From: Mizuhopecten yessoensis
Taxonomy: Eukaryota
Reading direction: 5' to 3'
Assembly (NCBI RefSeq): GCF_002113885.1
Contig: NW_018408852.1
Location: 727,751 to 791,750, forward strand
Length of the DNA: 64,000 bases
In this document: positions 23,301-38,600 of the stretch, piece by piece
Layout: every line of letters begins with the position of its first letter
How positions within the stretch are numbered: position 1 is the first letter of the stretch
Notes under the pieces: model-generated
What the model was told of the DNA's origin: nothing
What the model saw: only the letters and a program-made list of their open reading frames with translations
The model's database searches: none
Position numbers and translations under genes: made by a program

Positions 23301-26243
23301 GTAGCCGAGCATTTGTCATGACCATTAAATATGTTTGTGTTACGTCAGAGGTAGCACCTGTTTTCCCCCATCAGCTGTTAACTACAACATCGCTAATATA
23401 TCAGTTACGAATGTATGCAGTTTTTTCTTTTTGACCGTGGAGATATTTATCATACCGTGATAATATCTATTTAAATTTATTTTTCCACAATATCAGTTAT
23501 GATGTTATTAATCGGGAACCTTTATAGTTATCTTGCATGTTTACAACACTGAGATATTGGTTAAGATGGTTAAGTATCGTTTTAAACGTGTGCGTCTTAA
23601 TTCTTTACATACTTCTTAAAAAAGAGTGATTAAAATAAGTTGTATGGCTTATTTTGTAGTTGTTTTAAAAGAAAGTTTATATTTCATATTTTTTAACCCA
23701 AAATTGTGTTTGCTGTTTACCATTCTTTTATTCTTTAAACCTTTTCTTTTCATCTTCCTTGTCGCCCATGCGGGGTTGATAAGCACCTTAATAATCTCAA
23801 ATACTACATTTTATTCTTCTGCGTTAGATTTGAACATAAGCTAAAACAAAGATAAACCTCACGACCTGTTGATTTACTGGACTCGGTAAGAAGCTTCATT
23901 AGGACAATGCCATATAGGTAGCAAATAGGTAATACTGTCATTGAAATTTTGAAAAGATACATGATCGGATCCCAAAATGATGCTCTTGAGATGATATAAA
24001 TAAAAAGCACTGGTATTTTTATTCACAAATTGATATAAAAAGTGACCATTCGTCATAGCGTATGATAAAAGTAACGGCGCCTGGACACAAGACTGGCTAC
24101 CAGCCCCTAAGGTTTTATGAAGAATTTCTCAACTGTATTTTACTACTAGCTTATCTCCCCCTAGTTTAGAACTTCAAATCAGACATCCAAGTGATCAAAA
24201 TTATTAGAGTAGTTTTTTCTAAATTTCTAAATTTAAATATCTATATAATATTCTAGAGACCGAGGTCAGTGTAACTGGGCACGTGTACTTGTAATAAATA
24301 GTTCCTTTTCGTTATTACAAAATGAGGAGTGTTGTGTGGGTTATTGTATAAATAACATTTGTTTGGAAAAAAATTCTAAAGCTTAAAAAGATTGGAATTT
24401 AGAATAGTTGTATGGCTTTGTTACTGCTATCATTGCTGTGAGATGTCGGAGGAGTTCCGCGCGCGGAGGTTAGTTCGACCCTCTGAGTGGGCTGGACAAG
24501 ACCTCATGTTGGCGTTAATGTACAGTGATGGCGGAGAATAGCCGTGGAAATCTACACACCAAATCAAGATAAAGCGAGGGAAAGTTTTACAAAGTGGCGA
24601 CTTTTGATCCTCTACCCTGTTAACTTACTTATCTGATAGCACGTAAAATGTCTACATGTCACCAGTACAGTTTGGGATGGGAGCAATCCTTGAGACGTTT
24701 GCCTCCTAACATGAAACTACAAGTATACCATGTTTTTACTGACGATGTTGTGGCAGCAACTGTTTACTTACGATGACGCAACAAACAAAATAATAATAAT
24801 AAATAAAAAATGGTAACCGCAGCAAATGTATAATGAAATGCGGGGGAAAATGTTAATGCTCCTTACACATGTGTCTTTTTTCAAATTTGCGTTTTATCTA
24901 AATATCTGTTGACGTGATACACGCGTTTTGTACGAGAGTAAGCGACAGTAGTTACGAATGCATGGATACTGTTGCCGAGTCGTGAAGAGTCGCCACTCTC
25001 ATCTGTCGTTCTAGCACAGCATTAATCATTATATATACCCTATCACCGTACAAGTGGGCAAAAACCTGTGGAAGAAACAACTGCAGTTTCGTGTTTGATC
25101 GAGACATTCTGGGCGAGTTTTTTCAGGATTAGATATTATTACAGCCGGCCGGGGTCTTGGTCTATGAGAGTTCTCGTGTATACGTTTCTCTGGATGTAGA
25201 CACACTGTGTGTGTAGATATATAAAGATATTCTCATCAATATATGACACCTTTGGCAGGAGACTCAGATCAAAATAAGCCACTTTATATCAATAAGTTTT
25301 TCTATACGATCGGGTGCCCCGGGAGTGCTGGGGTCAAGAGTATCGGCAATTTTGCGTCAACGATTCATAGGCCATTGCATGTTTGATGTCGAGACCGTCA
25401 GCACACAACAAAAGGCCTCCAGTTACTCAGGTCCCTATCTTGTCCCTACAAACAGACCCAACCCTCATTCGCTCCCCCAGCTGTTCCACCCATCAAACGC
25501 GTCTATTTGTTTGTTGTTGGAATTTATGGACATTTGAAAGAACATCTCCGCTTTTTGTCTACGGGAATGCCATTAATATGATATGTTGAGCTTCTTAGCT
25601 ACACTAGATTGAGTATTCGGTAAACCCATTAATTAATAACTTCCGTAACAGTCCTCTGACGGTATCTCCAAGTACTCCGAGATATTTTTGTAAAGAGTTT
25701 TCTTTAAATCGACACAAATAACATATTAACCGTTAAAAGGACTTCCCTGCGGGCCAAACGAAAGTACCGACTCAATTCACTACATAATTCGCGGGACAGC
25801 TGAGGGTTGGGAGCACGATGCCCATACTCTAGGCATCAGCTGCGGTACAGGTGTTTAGAGTGAAATAAATAAGTTTGACATCAATGGAGCCTCTGAAAAA
25901 TTCTCGAGATTTTAAAGAGGTTCTGTGATGATTCATAAGCTTTTGAAATGGAAGGTGGAATGAGGTTTCTTACCAAATTATACAAACTTCATGTCTGACT
26001 GTGATAATTAAATACCTCTAGTAATAGCATAAGACGATCGTCTACGTAAGGGATTAGGTTTTCTACTCCATAGTCCCTTTTCTTATGCACAACAAGGAAT
26101 GTTCATGTAATCGGCCGTTCTTTTTGAATTTTTGTATTTTCATCTCTTTACCAATCCTCGGTTAATATGTTTGTAAGGATGATGGAAATGTTATACGAAT
26201 ACAATATATTTATCACGACCTGGTCACACATTGCATTCAGTAT

Positions 26244-26298
26244 TTTACACGTTCTTTATATGCTATTTACACGCTCTTTACACGCTATTTACACGTTC
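26244..26298. repeat. Minisatellite, 11-bp unit x5
   Basis: tttacacgttc / tttatatgcta / tttacacgctc / tttacacgcta / tttacacgttc. Confidence 0.8.
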
Positions 26299-29200
26299 TG
26301 TAGTGTAATGCTACATAACATTTCACTTGAACATCATTGTGGATCATTTTGTATCACTTTTATATTGTTTTCAAAGCTTTACAATGTTAATTGGTTTCTA
26401 AAACTAGTCAAGTAATTTACGTTGCATAATGCAAGCTGCTGAATAGTTTTTTTTAATATAATAAAAAAATGTGATAAAAGTATATTTTTGTACGTACATG
26501 CTACCTTATTGATCATATTTCTGATATTGTCTGACTAAAATCGACAAAATATTTATTTCGATAATTTATTGCAAACTTCCTGTTTGAGTCATTTAAGCGA
26601 ACGCGTTTGTGATTCCTTTGTACATTTCACTACGGGGTGTTGTCTTTGATGAACATCGCTCTAGTTTTATTGCAGACTGAACTTTCACGTTAGATTAACG
26701 GCAGTGAACGTGCGATTGAATTGTACATTTTGTTTAACAGAGGATTAAAGTCAACACTTCGTCTGTTTCATTTCAGATTCAGATACGCACGGCGCCCTTG
26801 TCATGTTTCCCAGCAGTTGATGCAAGATGGCGACCGGAAGGAATACAGCGCCCTCTGTGATGACATTCACCAGATGTCGGAAGCACGAGATGGACAGTTC
26901 GCTGTAAACGACAACCATTCCATAAACTTTATCAGGGTTTACGACTCACCTTTGCAGCAAATTGAACTGGTCACTTTGCTTGCTGCCTTGACCTCTGATC
27001 AGAGACCTTGACCCTCGGTCAGTGTATATGTGTAATTTTCTATACATGTGGTCAGTAGATGACAAAAGTGGTTGTGTTGATTTTCTTGAGGATGACATAT
27101 GAACCCGATCAGATGGCAGCATCTAGTTAATCATACAAATGATTGGTCAATATTTGACATTTTATCCAACAATCCCTAAAGTGTACCAAATGATGTGTGG
27201 GTTTTCAGAATAACTTTGACACGCGTATTACACGTGATGCATTTAGTCATTTGTTCAGTTGAAATGAGTGATTTATCAAATGAATTTTATTAAAATATGT
27301 CATGAAAGAAAAAACAAAGCAGTTGAGTTGTTTTAGACCTGTCAAAAGCACCGGAGAAGAGTATTAGAATAAATACCTCTTAGAACATGGTCTCAAGATC
27401 TCTAAAACTCTTACTTAAGTATTCTTCTGCCAAATAATGAAGTATCATGAATGCATGATTTATATATCTTAGATTTCTATTTTTGTTGTTATGACATAGA
27501 AATCAGACTGAAAATTCAAAAGCAAAATGAACATAGCTGTAGTAAACCACGACGTAGAATGTGCTTCGTCACGTTATTTGATTAGAATATGTAATTGTCA
27601 CGATTTCACATCTCATCAACCGGAATTCTCGATTGAGATCGTCGGCTTTATTGAACTGGGGTTAACACAGAGATATGAGAGTCTATATTGGGTATATAAG
27701 GGTATCAGAGGTGTCATCAGTTATAGTGTGAAGTGTTTAAGGATAACCTCGGGTATTAGGATATATTAGTGGTAGTCTATCGAAGCTATATGTACAAGGT
27801 ATTATGGTAGATCAACTCCATCTTGAATTGCTAAGCCGACCTACCTTGCCACGCACAACCAGTACGTTTTGTAATAATGTGTGTCACCTTAGGATAATAT
27901 TCACGTATTCTTATTAATATATTCTGGAATTAAGACAACAAAAAAAGTCTTATAAAAGCGGTGGTTTTATGAACACAGTAATCCTTATATTGTTATATAC
28001 ATATTTATTTGTTTGGGTCAAAAGTCCTCACAACAAGGAAAATCAGACGAAGACGGTACTTTCAACACTTTCAACAACTATTTTATTAATGAATGGAAAA
28101 GTGAGAAATAGATTACCTGAAGAAGCTAACCAGTCATTCGTCAGATAGGATCAGTGTTCCGTCCCCTATTAGGGACCTTGCCGGGTCCTGGATGTGATAA
28201 GCAGACCCTCAATCAGTCACGATCTCTTCCCGGGGTTTAATGAATTTGAGGGGCCAATGGCAGTCAATCATATTTGACACAAATTATTTCAGCAGCCTAG
28301 GGGCACATTTGGGGGGTACTTACAGTACAATGTTGATGCATTAACGCGTTAAAGCAATACTCAGAAAATATGACTTGCTTTGTTGTAAGCATCCACATTG
28401 TTTAAGACATAATTGATATTTTTAGATCACGCTTACTACTTATTTATATTGTTTTGTTTTGTTCATGCCTATAAAGCATTGAATCGATTGATGTAGCATG
28501 GTACAAATCATAAATATAGTAAAGCGAAAAACAAAACAAAACAAAAACATTTGTAACTATCTTACGATAAAACGACTAACATTGGATTATTATATAATAA
28601 AACTCATTCCACATTTCTAAGTTACAAGTATTAATTTAAACACTCACTTTGATCCAGCAAACAAGAACGAAATTTATTGTTGCTCCGTATGAGATTCCCT
28701 CTGACAGTTCCCCAAGACCTTGGTCAAATGTGAAAACGACGTTTCCAGATATGTGTTTTCACGACCGTATTCCTTCTGTCCATCCATTATAAGGTAAAGT
28801 AACTGATTTTCCAGAGACAACTATTTCAAAAATGGTCCTATCATAAGTTACGGTCATACCCTCATGATGTTGAAATACTTTGAAAATATACCAAACTCAA
28901 TCAAGCGATCGACCGGCGTTCCGGTCTGTGGTTAAGAGAGTTTTGTTTTGATTGTACGGTATAATTTAGTTATTTATCTACGTTGAAACAATCCTAAATC
29001 AAATTACCTACAGATGATTACAGTCGCTATGGTGATACGGGTATGAAAACAATTCCAAATCCACAGGACGTGAGTAAACAGCAACGTAAGTAGAGGATTG
29101 TTAATGGTTTTTCGGTGAATATAAAACAATCCCAAAAGTACAGCATTTTTGTAATTTATTTAACGGGTTAGAATATATTTCTATATAATTAGACATTCAC

Positions 29201-30861
29201 ATTTTTGAAATACATCTTTTTAAATTTAAATCTGGATTTATTGTTATTGGCTCCAGCCAAACGGATCCAAATGCTGGAGTTGTGTATTAATACGCATTTT
29301 GAAAGAAATTCATTAAGTGAAAAACATGACATTAAATTTCGTGAAGTATTCGTTTAATTAAAAAAAGTAATTGCGTTGCTAATATAGTAAAATTAGTAAT
29401 TAACAAAAAGTCTATATCACGCAGGCATTGATATGGAATTGGTATATCATTCTCAAAATATGAAATTTTTATTCAATCGAGAATCACTGATATTTTTATA
29501 GTAAAATTGTAAATTCCTGGTTATTTTACTTATACCAGAGCACTCGTAAGTAAGATAACTTTATATCTTCTACAATAAAGCTAAAACATATAAAATGTAT
29601 AAAATAATGTTTTCTTCAACAAAGTGAAAATATTAATATGGTAATACAGTACCCATGGTATGTTCAATGCTGTGCACATATCAAGTTGATTGTGGAGTCA
29701 TGATGCAGATACATTTTATTATGTATAAAAACTACGTTTGAAGGGTCAGTAAACGTTTCGTTTCTATCATTTCGGGAAATGTAAAACTGACATTTTATAT
29801 ATTCCTTTTATAAACCTACAAAACAATTAGAACTGGAGGCTCTCATGCAAACTAACAATACCAAATAGGTCAATTCAAGCAATCTAAAACTTACGCTTTC
29901 GAAACACATAAAACTGTGGCCAAATATAGCCAAATGAAACATTTCTATGGTTCCCTGTAAAAGAATATTGGTTTTATATCATTGACTGTTATGTCAATGG
30001 CTGTATCGAAGAGGATCAACCCCAGAATACTCGAACAAAACAAAGCGTCATTTACTTATTACTATGGATGCCGAAATATCTAAGATGAAGAAAGGTGAAT
30101 TGCGATTGAAATTTGAGGAATGAACATTTTGAAAGGATGTCGCGTATTTAATTTGAAAAAATCTGCGATCATATTTAAATGTTAGTGTTTATTATATTTT
30201 CGTGTCTTTGTTACTTCATGTTTGTTCAAAAATCCGTGAACATTTCGAAATTATTAAATCCCCCTTTTAGAACACTTTTATAGGAAATTCGGGTAGAAAG
30301 TGATGTAGAAATGCGGTGGGATTTGGATTCACATTAGTAAGCTGTACAGTGAATCGCTATGAAGCATAGGGGGATGTCGCATACTCAATTGACATTTCTC
30401 TCCTGTTTTAGCGATGATAAATAATTGGTTACCCAAACATGTTTTACAAATTATCGACACTTTTGTTTTTTAAAAATAATTACTGAATGAATATATTTTT
30501 GAAGTATACGATAACTATGTTTTGATGTGTATTGATAAAGATTCATGCATACACAAAGCGTCCAACATTAAAGTGATAGTCATACGTCACCCAATTGCTT
30601 CTCTTTACAAGTAAACAGTCGCGGGGAGTTTTAAGCTACGTAATAGTTTTTTTGAAAATAATCCTTTCCTGTCCTGAGGGTATAAAAATATCTGTAATAC
30701 AGGCATCTGGTTTGGACATTCACGTATCCTATCCTTCGCTTCATTCGCTCTCTGTAAACATGTAACAGTAGTAAGGGATGTGGGTGCACCGTTCTCTTTT
30801 CTCTGTATTCTATAACTGTTTCGAACATTTTAGACATGTATTTTTCATTATGTTGACATTT

Positions 30862-30910
30862 AGTTCTACTGATGAATCTTTAATGAGCGAAATGGCCATA
30901 TGATGCAGTA
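30862..30910 (+). ncRNA. Degenerate minimal hammerhead-ribozyme-like motif
   Basis: CTGATGA (30869-30875), weak stem II, GAAA (30889-30892), palindromic TGGCCA, then TA. Confidence 0.45.
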
Positions 30911-31399
30911 AAGTGCTAAGATCGTACCAAATCGGTATTGATCGTCAAAATAAGTTATATGATAAAGCATTGGTACAAAACATTAACTTTTGTTTGCAAA
31001 AATCAAACAAATTCGTTAAAAAAGATGTGCATGGTGTAAATGCTTAATCTATATGTTTTGTGTTCACTTACTTGATGAAATCGCTGAAAACAAAATAAAA
31101 AAATCTTCAAAGTATAATATCTTAGTAGCGGAATGTGAAATTAAAGCAAGTTATAGTTTCGACCGTCTTCAAGTTAACAAGAAAGATAAGTATGTCAATG
31201 AGGTCTTAGGTTATACACAACCTCTATAGGATTTAAGGATTGATCGTCTTTAAAATTATCGTTAGGTTGTAAGAGGAAAAGATTTTACCGAAGTGTAAAC
31301 AAACTTTATTTTGAAAACCAAAATAAAATCAGTATAACTCGAGCACAATATGAACAATGGAAAAGAATTCAACGACGTTAATTAAAAATGTAGGAGGAA

Positions 31400-32620
31400 A
31401 TCAAGCCCATGTGTTCCGGAAGGGTAAGTGTTGTTGTTTCAACCACGACACCCCCCATGTAAACCGAGGTTAAAGTCAAATGATACGAAGTCCTTAAATA
31501 ATGTGAGAACTGAGAGAGTTTCCAAAGGCCTATTTTTTTGTGTTTTGTAAGTATTTATTTCCTAGCACATGTCACACATATATGGATGATTGCCAGGTGT
31601 GGGTCCCTGGTCTCCGTACAATAGGTTGTCCACTCGCAGGAGGAGATTCATTCAACGCTCTGATTAACTTCCATTACATAACACATATGCATACTAACCT
31701 GACAAACCGTGATATAATATAATCATTACCTAACACGCATACATTCTATTTCACATTCCCTTACACATATGCATACAACCATGACATACCTTATAGATTA
31801 TACTGATTTTCTTAACACACATATTCTCATGACATATATACATTTAATTCCTCTTGCATACTAACTACATTATCGTAAAAGCACATCTAATAACATATAT
31901 ATAACATAAATTCTTATTCCAAGGAATATTAATATGCGTAAGAAAAAGTCGCCTTTCATATATCAAAAGAAATACATGTGTAATATTTTCAAATGGGATA
32001 ATGATGGTGACCATACAACTACTACATATTCTTCATTTACATGCATCTGTCGCTAATGTTTTTCGAATCGACTCTGATTATTAAAAAAAGTTGAGTGAAA
32101 CAGGGATTTTACTATCAAGAAAGGGAACATTCAGGTTTGGAAAATTGAAATTGTCACACTTATTATAGAGTTTAGTATTAAACAGTCCTTTGTGGTCATG
32201 TTGTAAATAAAGATCGAGTAAAAGCAGTCGATACAGTAGAGTATGCAGTTTATTTGAAGCTCAAAATGGTACAAACGTTTCATATGGTCAATTAATTTCT
32301 TTAAAGACATCATCGCTGTCTCCAAAGATGAAACTGGAGGACTTTGCAGTGTCTTTATTACCTGTAATGGTTAGTGCTTTAGTTAATAAAGCCCAATCTG
32401 AAGAAACTAACGATAACCGGAAAGGGTTTTCTCCTGAACCTCGTCTCGTTTCCACCGTATTCAACCATAGGCAAACGACCGTATCCACCAGAGTGCTGAA
32501 ATCTACTTTTCATGCTATGATTGGTGCTTCTTGATAGTTTGGGATTTTTGGAAGTAAACCTCAAATGTTGTCATTATCAACAAAGATATGTTCACCCTTG
32601 ATAATATGACCGACGGACCG
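31400..32620 (-). mobile_element. Highly decayed Penelope-like element: RT C-terminal half plus 3' non-coding segment
   Basis: Minus strand, across frameshifts: KIPNYQEAPIIA, FGDSDDV, DHMKRLYHFELQI, LLDLYLQHDHKGLFNTKLYNKCDNFNFPNLNVPFLDSKIP, LYGHHH. These match the PLE RT pattern LDLxLxxDxxGxLxTKLYDKRDDFNFPIVNFPFL. The 3' segment gtgttccggaagggtaag at about 31411 is shared with 54700. Confidence 0.75.
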
Positions 32621-35600
32621 ACGTGACAATAACAGAAATTAGACAAAATTAAATTAAAATCACAAAAACAAGAAGGTTGCTTTATTCTAATGTCATCATT
32701 TATACTTACACGCTTCAACGGATTCTGAACAGATGGAGACAATGTCAGGATAATTCTAATTTAAAATTTGATGGAACATTTCTCGCAGTCATTGCTGATT
32801 TGGGCCGTTACTGATGCTACTGTGTGTGGGACCAGTATTTGAGAAATATATTATTTTCATGAGTAAAGACATTAGTATATTCTGTCATAAAACTAAAATA
32901 GATGGGAAACCATTGAATTTTCTATTTATTACATTATTAACGTAGCACGTCACAAATATTGTTGGATCAAAAAGTGCGGAATTGGTAGCGTTCTATTTGA
33001 CCCCAAGTTCTAATTATCATGACGGTACGCTTTTCAACAAGGCAAAGTGCCATTTTGAATCGGCAACTCCACGCAACTCTGCCATTTGCTGCTTTTATTT
33101 TGTACGATTTTCAAACGACAATGTCATCACCACTTCCTCTGCCATTTCTGAATCGGTTTTAAGCCAAATAAAAATTTACTCATGTTAAAAATCATTGACT
33201 CATAAAAGGTCATGCAAATTCAATTGCTTGTCGTTTTAAAGTTGTTTGCTAGCGTTCAATAACTATATTACTGGAAAACATACAGATAGTATGATAATGG
33301 GATAATATTTTCATGAGTTTAAAAAACCCAGAATATGTCTCCACAGGTGTTTATTTGCATTATGTTCGTTTACAATGCGTAACAGAGGTAAAAGCATATT
33401 GTATTTTCAAAACGACTAAGAACATAATAACATAATTAACTAGCCATTGTAACGTTCAAATAGTCTTGTCGTTGTAGTGTTCAGATAAACTAAAGTGTTT
33501 TGCGGTTCGAGTAGTGTAAATTACAATAATTACAAGTCATTAAATATTTGTTGGAAAAAATCTTGTTAAAAGTGTGTTATGAACGAAATGTTTAAGTATC
33601 CAATATAAAATATTCCAAATGATAAATGGCGTCGCCGTTTTTATAATGTCGGATTTACATAAGCGTTGTGACACTTGTTGGTATCCTGTTCCTATCTGAC
33701 CCATTTTGTTATAATTACACCATGTACAGAGTAAAAGGAATATTCAATTAACGCTAAAGCACTATTTTAATAACAATGTCACGTGTCTGTAGCGTTTTCC
33801 CATTCTGACACAGACCGCCACCTGGTGACAATTCTGCACGCGATCACTTGTTGTGGTGATTTATACATAACATTCCCGGTACTTACAAGCTGTTTTTACT
33901 ACATTACAGTTTAACATTTTTCTGTTTTTAATTATTTGCCATGCGCGACCTGTGTCGGTTCTGTTGTATAATTTGTTTTAAATTTAAAGCAAACGTCGTA
34001 TCAACTCCGGTAAACAACATATTCTGTTCCTAACACTTCGTCGTCATTAAGGGGCAGGTACAGTGAACAGAGCAAACCTACATCAAAGAAAGCAATTTTC
34101 CGGAATTGATTACTCTGCCCCGCCCACCTCTCGTAATTTGCATACTGCATGCTAGGTATTATTCCCTTTACGACCGCTAAATCTTTAGCACCGTTCTGTA
34201 TATTTTTACTCGTGCGCAATTGTTTGCAGACTTTTACAATCACTTACACGTGTGTACCCCTGCTTTATATTTTGAATAGCGGATTCTAGCACGTGTAAAC
34301 AATTAAACTTTGCCTGCACGTGTATGATTATGTCATCAAATGACGCGCGAAGGCTTGTGACACCTGCATTTTTCACGGCTATAATAAGTTTGTATACTTT
34401 TATCTACTCTTGCTCGAAAATTGGGCAGAAAATAGGCAGAAAGCAATTATAACGCCGAAGTTATTGCTTAGATTGTATGTCCCCGAGATCGTAAGTGCGC
34501 GCAGGTTTGCTGTTAGAGGATCATTTGCGATCACGCATGCGTGTCAGAAAACTTCACTTTAGCAATAGGATATCGTTGAAGAAAACAAGAGGCGTTTAAA
34601 TAAGTTAGGATAAATAACATATTTATTAAAAGGGAAGAGTGCAGTTCTGAATATCAAGGTTCTTTGGATTCCATTTACATTGTTTTCAGCATATTTTAAT
34701 GTGAAAATAAGTGTATATTTTAATGGTTCTTTTTCAATGTGTTTTGTATCGACACAGTTACTATCATGAAATTACTATGGCAGATGTTGACATCTATTCT
34801 TCCTGTCAATAACAGTTACTCTCCACAGACTTAAATAATCCTGCATAATTCTGGAAGGTTTTTCCTTTATATTTAAAGACGGTTTCGTGTAGGATTTATG
34901 GATAATATTAATATTAAGGTGACCCGTTGCCTATGACGTCGCAATATTGATACGTTCTTTTCCAACGCTACTGATGAAGACTTCTATCCTTGCTTCGTTG
35001 CTTTCCTACTTCATGGCATGCCTCCCTCATTCCTAACCAGGTGGCTTGCCTGCCTCCTTTCATGAAGTGAAATGGCTGTAGTTGATGCGTGTTCATTTGC
35101 ATTAAGTTCATGTACAAATGTATTACAAGAAGTTGTGTTGCGTTCCGTATGATATATAAAAAATGCTAAGAGACGGTACCACTGTTTTTGTTTTTATTAA
35201 TAAATGAAATCCATTTAAACCAGATATTAGGAAAAACTCGTAAGTTTATATGATAATGTATTTTGTATAACATTGCATATGATTGTACATTACGGCATGA
35301 AAATTGAAAAAAACCGCCTTTCAATCCATATATTTATATTTTTTCTATAGAACAATGTTTGAGTTTTATTTATTAAATACTTAATTTATTTTCTGCGTTT
35401 TGTATATGCGTTGTCCTTTAAACGACATTGACGGAATAGCCTTATTCAAATAAAATTGGCGCCAATAATTAACCGAAGTCATTTTAATGTTTGACGCAGG
35501 GGCATTCTCCATGCTATCCAAAGCGAAGCGACAAGACTCTCAATGAGCAAAGTTAATCTATGACGTCATAAATACACCACGTGTTCACGAGAGGTTTGTT

Positions 35601-38600
35601 CGTATAGTGGGTTGCAGCGCAAATGTAAATGTACCTATATAAATCTGATATTATAAATTTGTATAATTTGATGGGGAGAGATATTAGATTCATTTCCGTT
35701 TAATAAAATATATAACAGGAGTAAGGAAGAATGTCGATATTGTTCATGAATATATAACATACCATATTTCTTCACTTTATTGGAACTAAACATTTGTATT
35801 CGTCCAAATTGATAATATCTGATATTTCTTTAGTACATATGTAATAGATAGATCAGATGATAATATCCTCCTATTTTTTTTGATTTTTTTTTTGAAAATG
35901 TCATCATCGCCATTGGTTTAAAGGATTGCATCGTTAACATTTTCCTATGCATAAATACAGCAATATTGCGTGTAAGTATAAGATACACGGTTATTTCATT
36001 TTGATTTCTACTGCAAATCTATGAAGAGATTTTAAAGTTGACTTTGACTTCTAGTCACCCGCGTTTGGAGTTCCAGGAATGTATTAAGGAAACTATGTCA
36101 TCTTGAAGCCACGAAATAAAACATCGTAGCCAAAAGTTATTGTACTAATGACACCTCCGTTATTCCATATGTAAGCTTTAAAAATAACTAAAAATTGTTC
36201 AGCTCATCAGTAAAAGATTGATCATTGTGTAGATTTATTGTTATTATAGTTGCCATTGTATTTACCCCAATACAACCATATTCTACAACATGTAAACAAG
36301 TTATAACATAAATACCGCTTCAATTTGATACTTCAACTATTTGTATTTAGCTTCAAAGTTAAAACATAGTCAAGATTTATTTTAATTCGTCACAAAGTTT
36401 TGAGTAAATATGAAATAATGAAATGATTTAGGGCTTATTCCCATATTTTAACGACTGTATTATTATTGTTTTGAACACTGGGCATGCACATCTGTATTAA
36501 AGTCTCGTTTTTATTCCGAGCCTGGTATTAACCTGCCAACTAGTAAAGGTTACTAACCAGGGTCAACATAATGGTAAATATCAGTTAACTAGCTCTCAGT
36601 GTTTCCTACATATCAATGGACCCTGGCGTCTCGAGGGACCGTTAATTGGCCAGGGAGATTCTTTTGCTTATGTTCTAACATTAATAGACATTAATCAATT
36701 ATTTATTTACAAGAAACTCTACGAGTCTGTATAACGAGACCGCTTCATCGTTTGTAACGTAACCCTCGTCTCAAGTGAATGGATCAAAGGCTTGAGGAAT
36801 TTTTCTTTCTCTAGAATAAATAAACAGTATATCCACAGAGGCAAATAAATACGATGGATGTCGGTAATACGTGGGAAGACTTAACATGAACGAAATGAGT
36901 TAATGCAAAACTTTCCAATCATTCAAAATACTAATTAACGACGGTTAATAGGGCACCGTGTCAGGAGATCGTTATAGTGTAACTCTTTATTGGATATTAG
37001 ACTAACGCTGCTGTGCTAATCGACGGATTATTTATACGCGTACCCGTAACGAACCTGATTAGATTTCAAAATTATATGGTTTTTAAATTGCCTCAAGATA
37101 AATTTGTAAGTTATTAGGACAGACACGAGTGGCTTAAATTTCAGTTTTAAGGTTATACATGTGCATGTTGATCGCCATACATCGACAGCGAAGACACCAT
37201 TGATCAGCTTGCATTTTAGACTGAGGATTAGCAGGTAAAGACACGGTAGATTAAGTATTTTGCAAGTAAATTGATTCTTACAAAATTTAATTATGTGGGA
37301 CAACTTGCAGTGACGCGTTGTGATTTATAAGACGTGGTCTGTGTATGGTTCTCTTCTTCGTTGACTGTGTACTGTAAAATGCAAGCCACTGATAAATCAT
37401 ATATTATTTGATTTTGCGTATTATAATCTCCTTTGAATGTATTGTCACATTAAAATAATTTTATGGTTTGTCAAACATTGCAATAACGGAATATCTTCTT
37501 CTTTATATTAACTTGTGATTGATGTAAACAAATTGGGTTGTTTATATTAAAATAGTTTTATGTACATTATAAATCTGGTGAATTATATTAAGAATCGTGT
37601 GAAGTGTATTCAAAGTCATGTGATTCATATTAATTCATATAAAAATGGCAGGATACGGATTAGAAAACGTGTGATTTAACTTTAAAACTTTAAAACACTT
37701 AACACATCTTGTGATTTGTCCTGTAATTTTGTGTTAAGTATAAAACATCATGTTTATCATATTCGAAACCCTTGTGATATTTGTTAAATATGGTATGTAT
37801 TATTGTGATGTAATCTCTTATACTTCGCGACGACAAATTTGATTGGCTGAAGACTTATCAACTTTATCATAACCACAATCACTAATGAACAGGTATGAAG
37901 GCATGATATGGTTTTGGATCGAAAACCTCTTATAATCATCTTTGGGGCTTCCTCAAGCTGAGTTTAAACTGTATTTACCCTAAACATAGAATTAAGACTT
38001 AAAATTAACGTTATATACCTTACACAGTGACATAATCTCGACTCGAACTCAGCTAGAGGCAGACTTGACGTGTAGACGAAATTGGAGCCAGGTCTGATAT
38101 GTCAAAAATCTGCACCTTTGTCAAGCAAGAATTTCTTTTGTTGAATTGTTGGTTCAGACTGAAGCTATCCTTTTATCCCGAAGACGAAATAGCTTTATAT
38201 GATCTTCACCGATTACATGAACTTTCAGTTTCTGGGTGTTATAGTAAAACATCTCGATCGGAATGCTCGATTTTAATGTTTTGAGTATTTCACCTGACAG
38301 ATGAATTAGGTCAAGTCAAAAGATGGTACCGGGATATGAACAGGAATGTGTGCATAAGTTAAGATACTTAACAGGTACCGAATTATATGTTTTCCATAAT
38401 ATTACTACAATAAAAATTTGACATATAAAAAATAATATATATAATATGTCAACATGACCATCTTTAAGACGAACATAGGCCTTGAATGGTAAATTAGTTT
38501 TCTATCGCAGTTGCTAATTTACACCCACTCAAGAGTTGTTTAAAATCGTACAATACCAACATATTCACAGCATACACATCAATTTGGTATAGACCTGTAA

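Noticed and set aside
34971-35000. Hammerhead from CTGATGA at about 34971 (and at 5221)
   Set aside because: No stem II and no downstream GAAA at a suitable distance.
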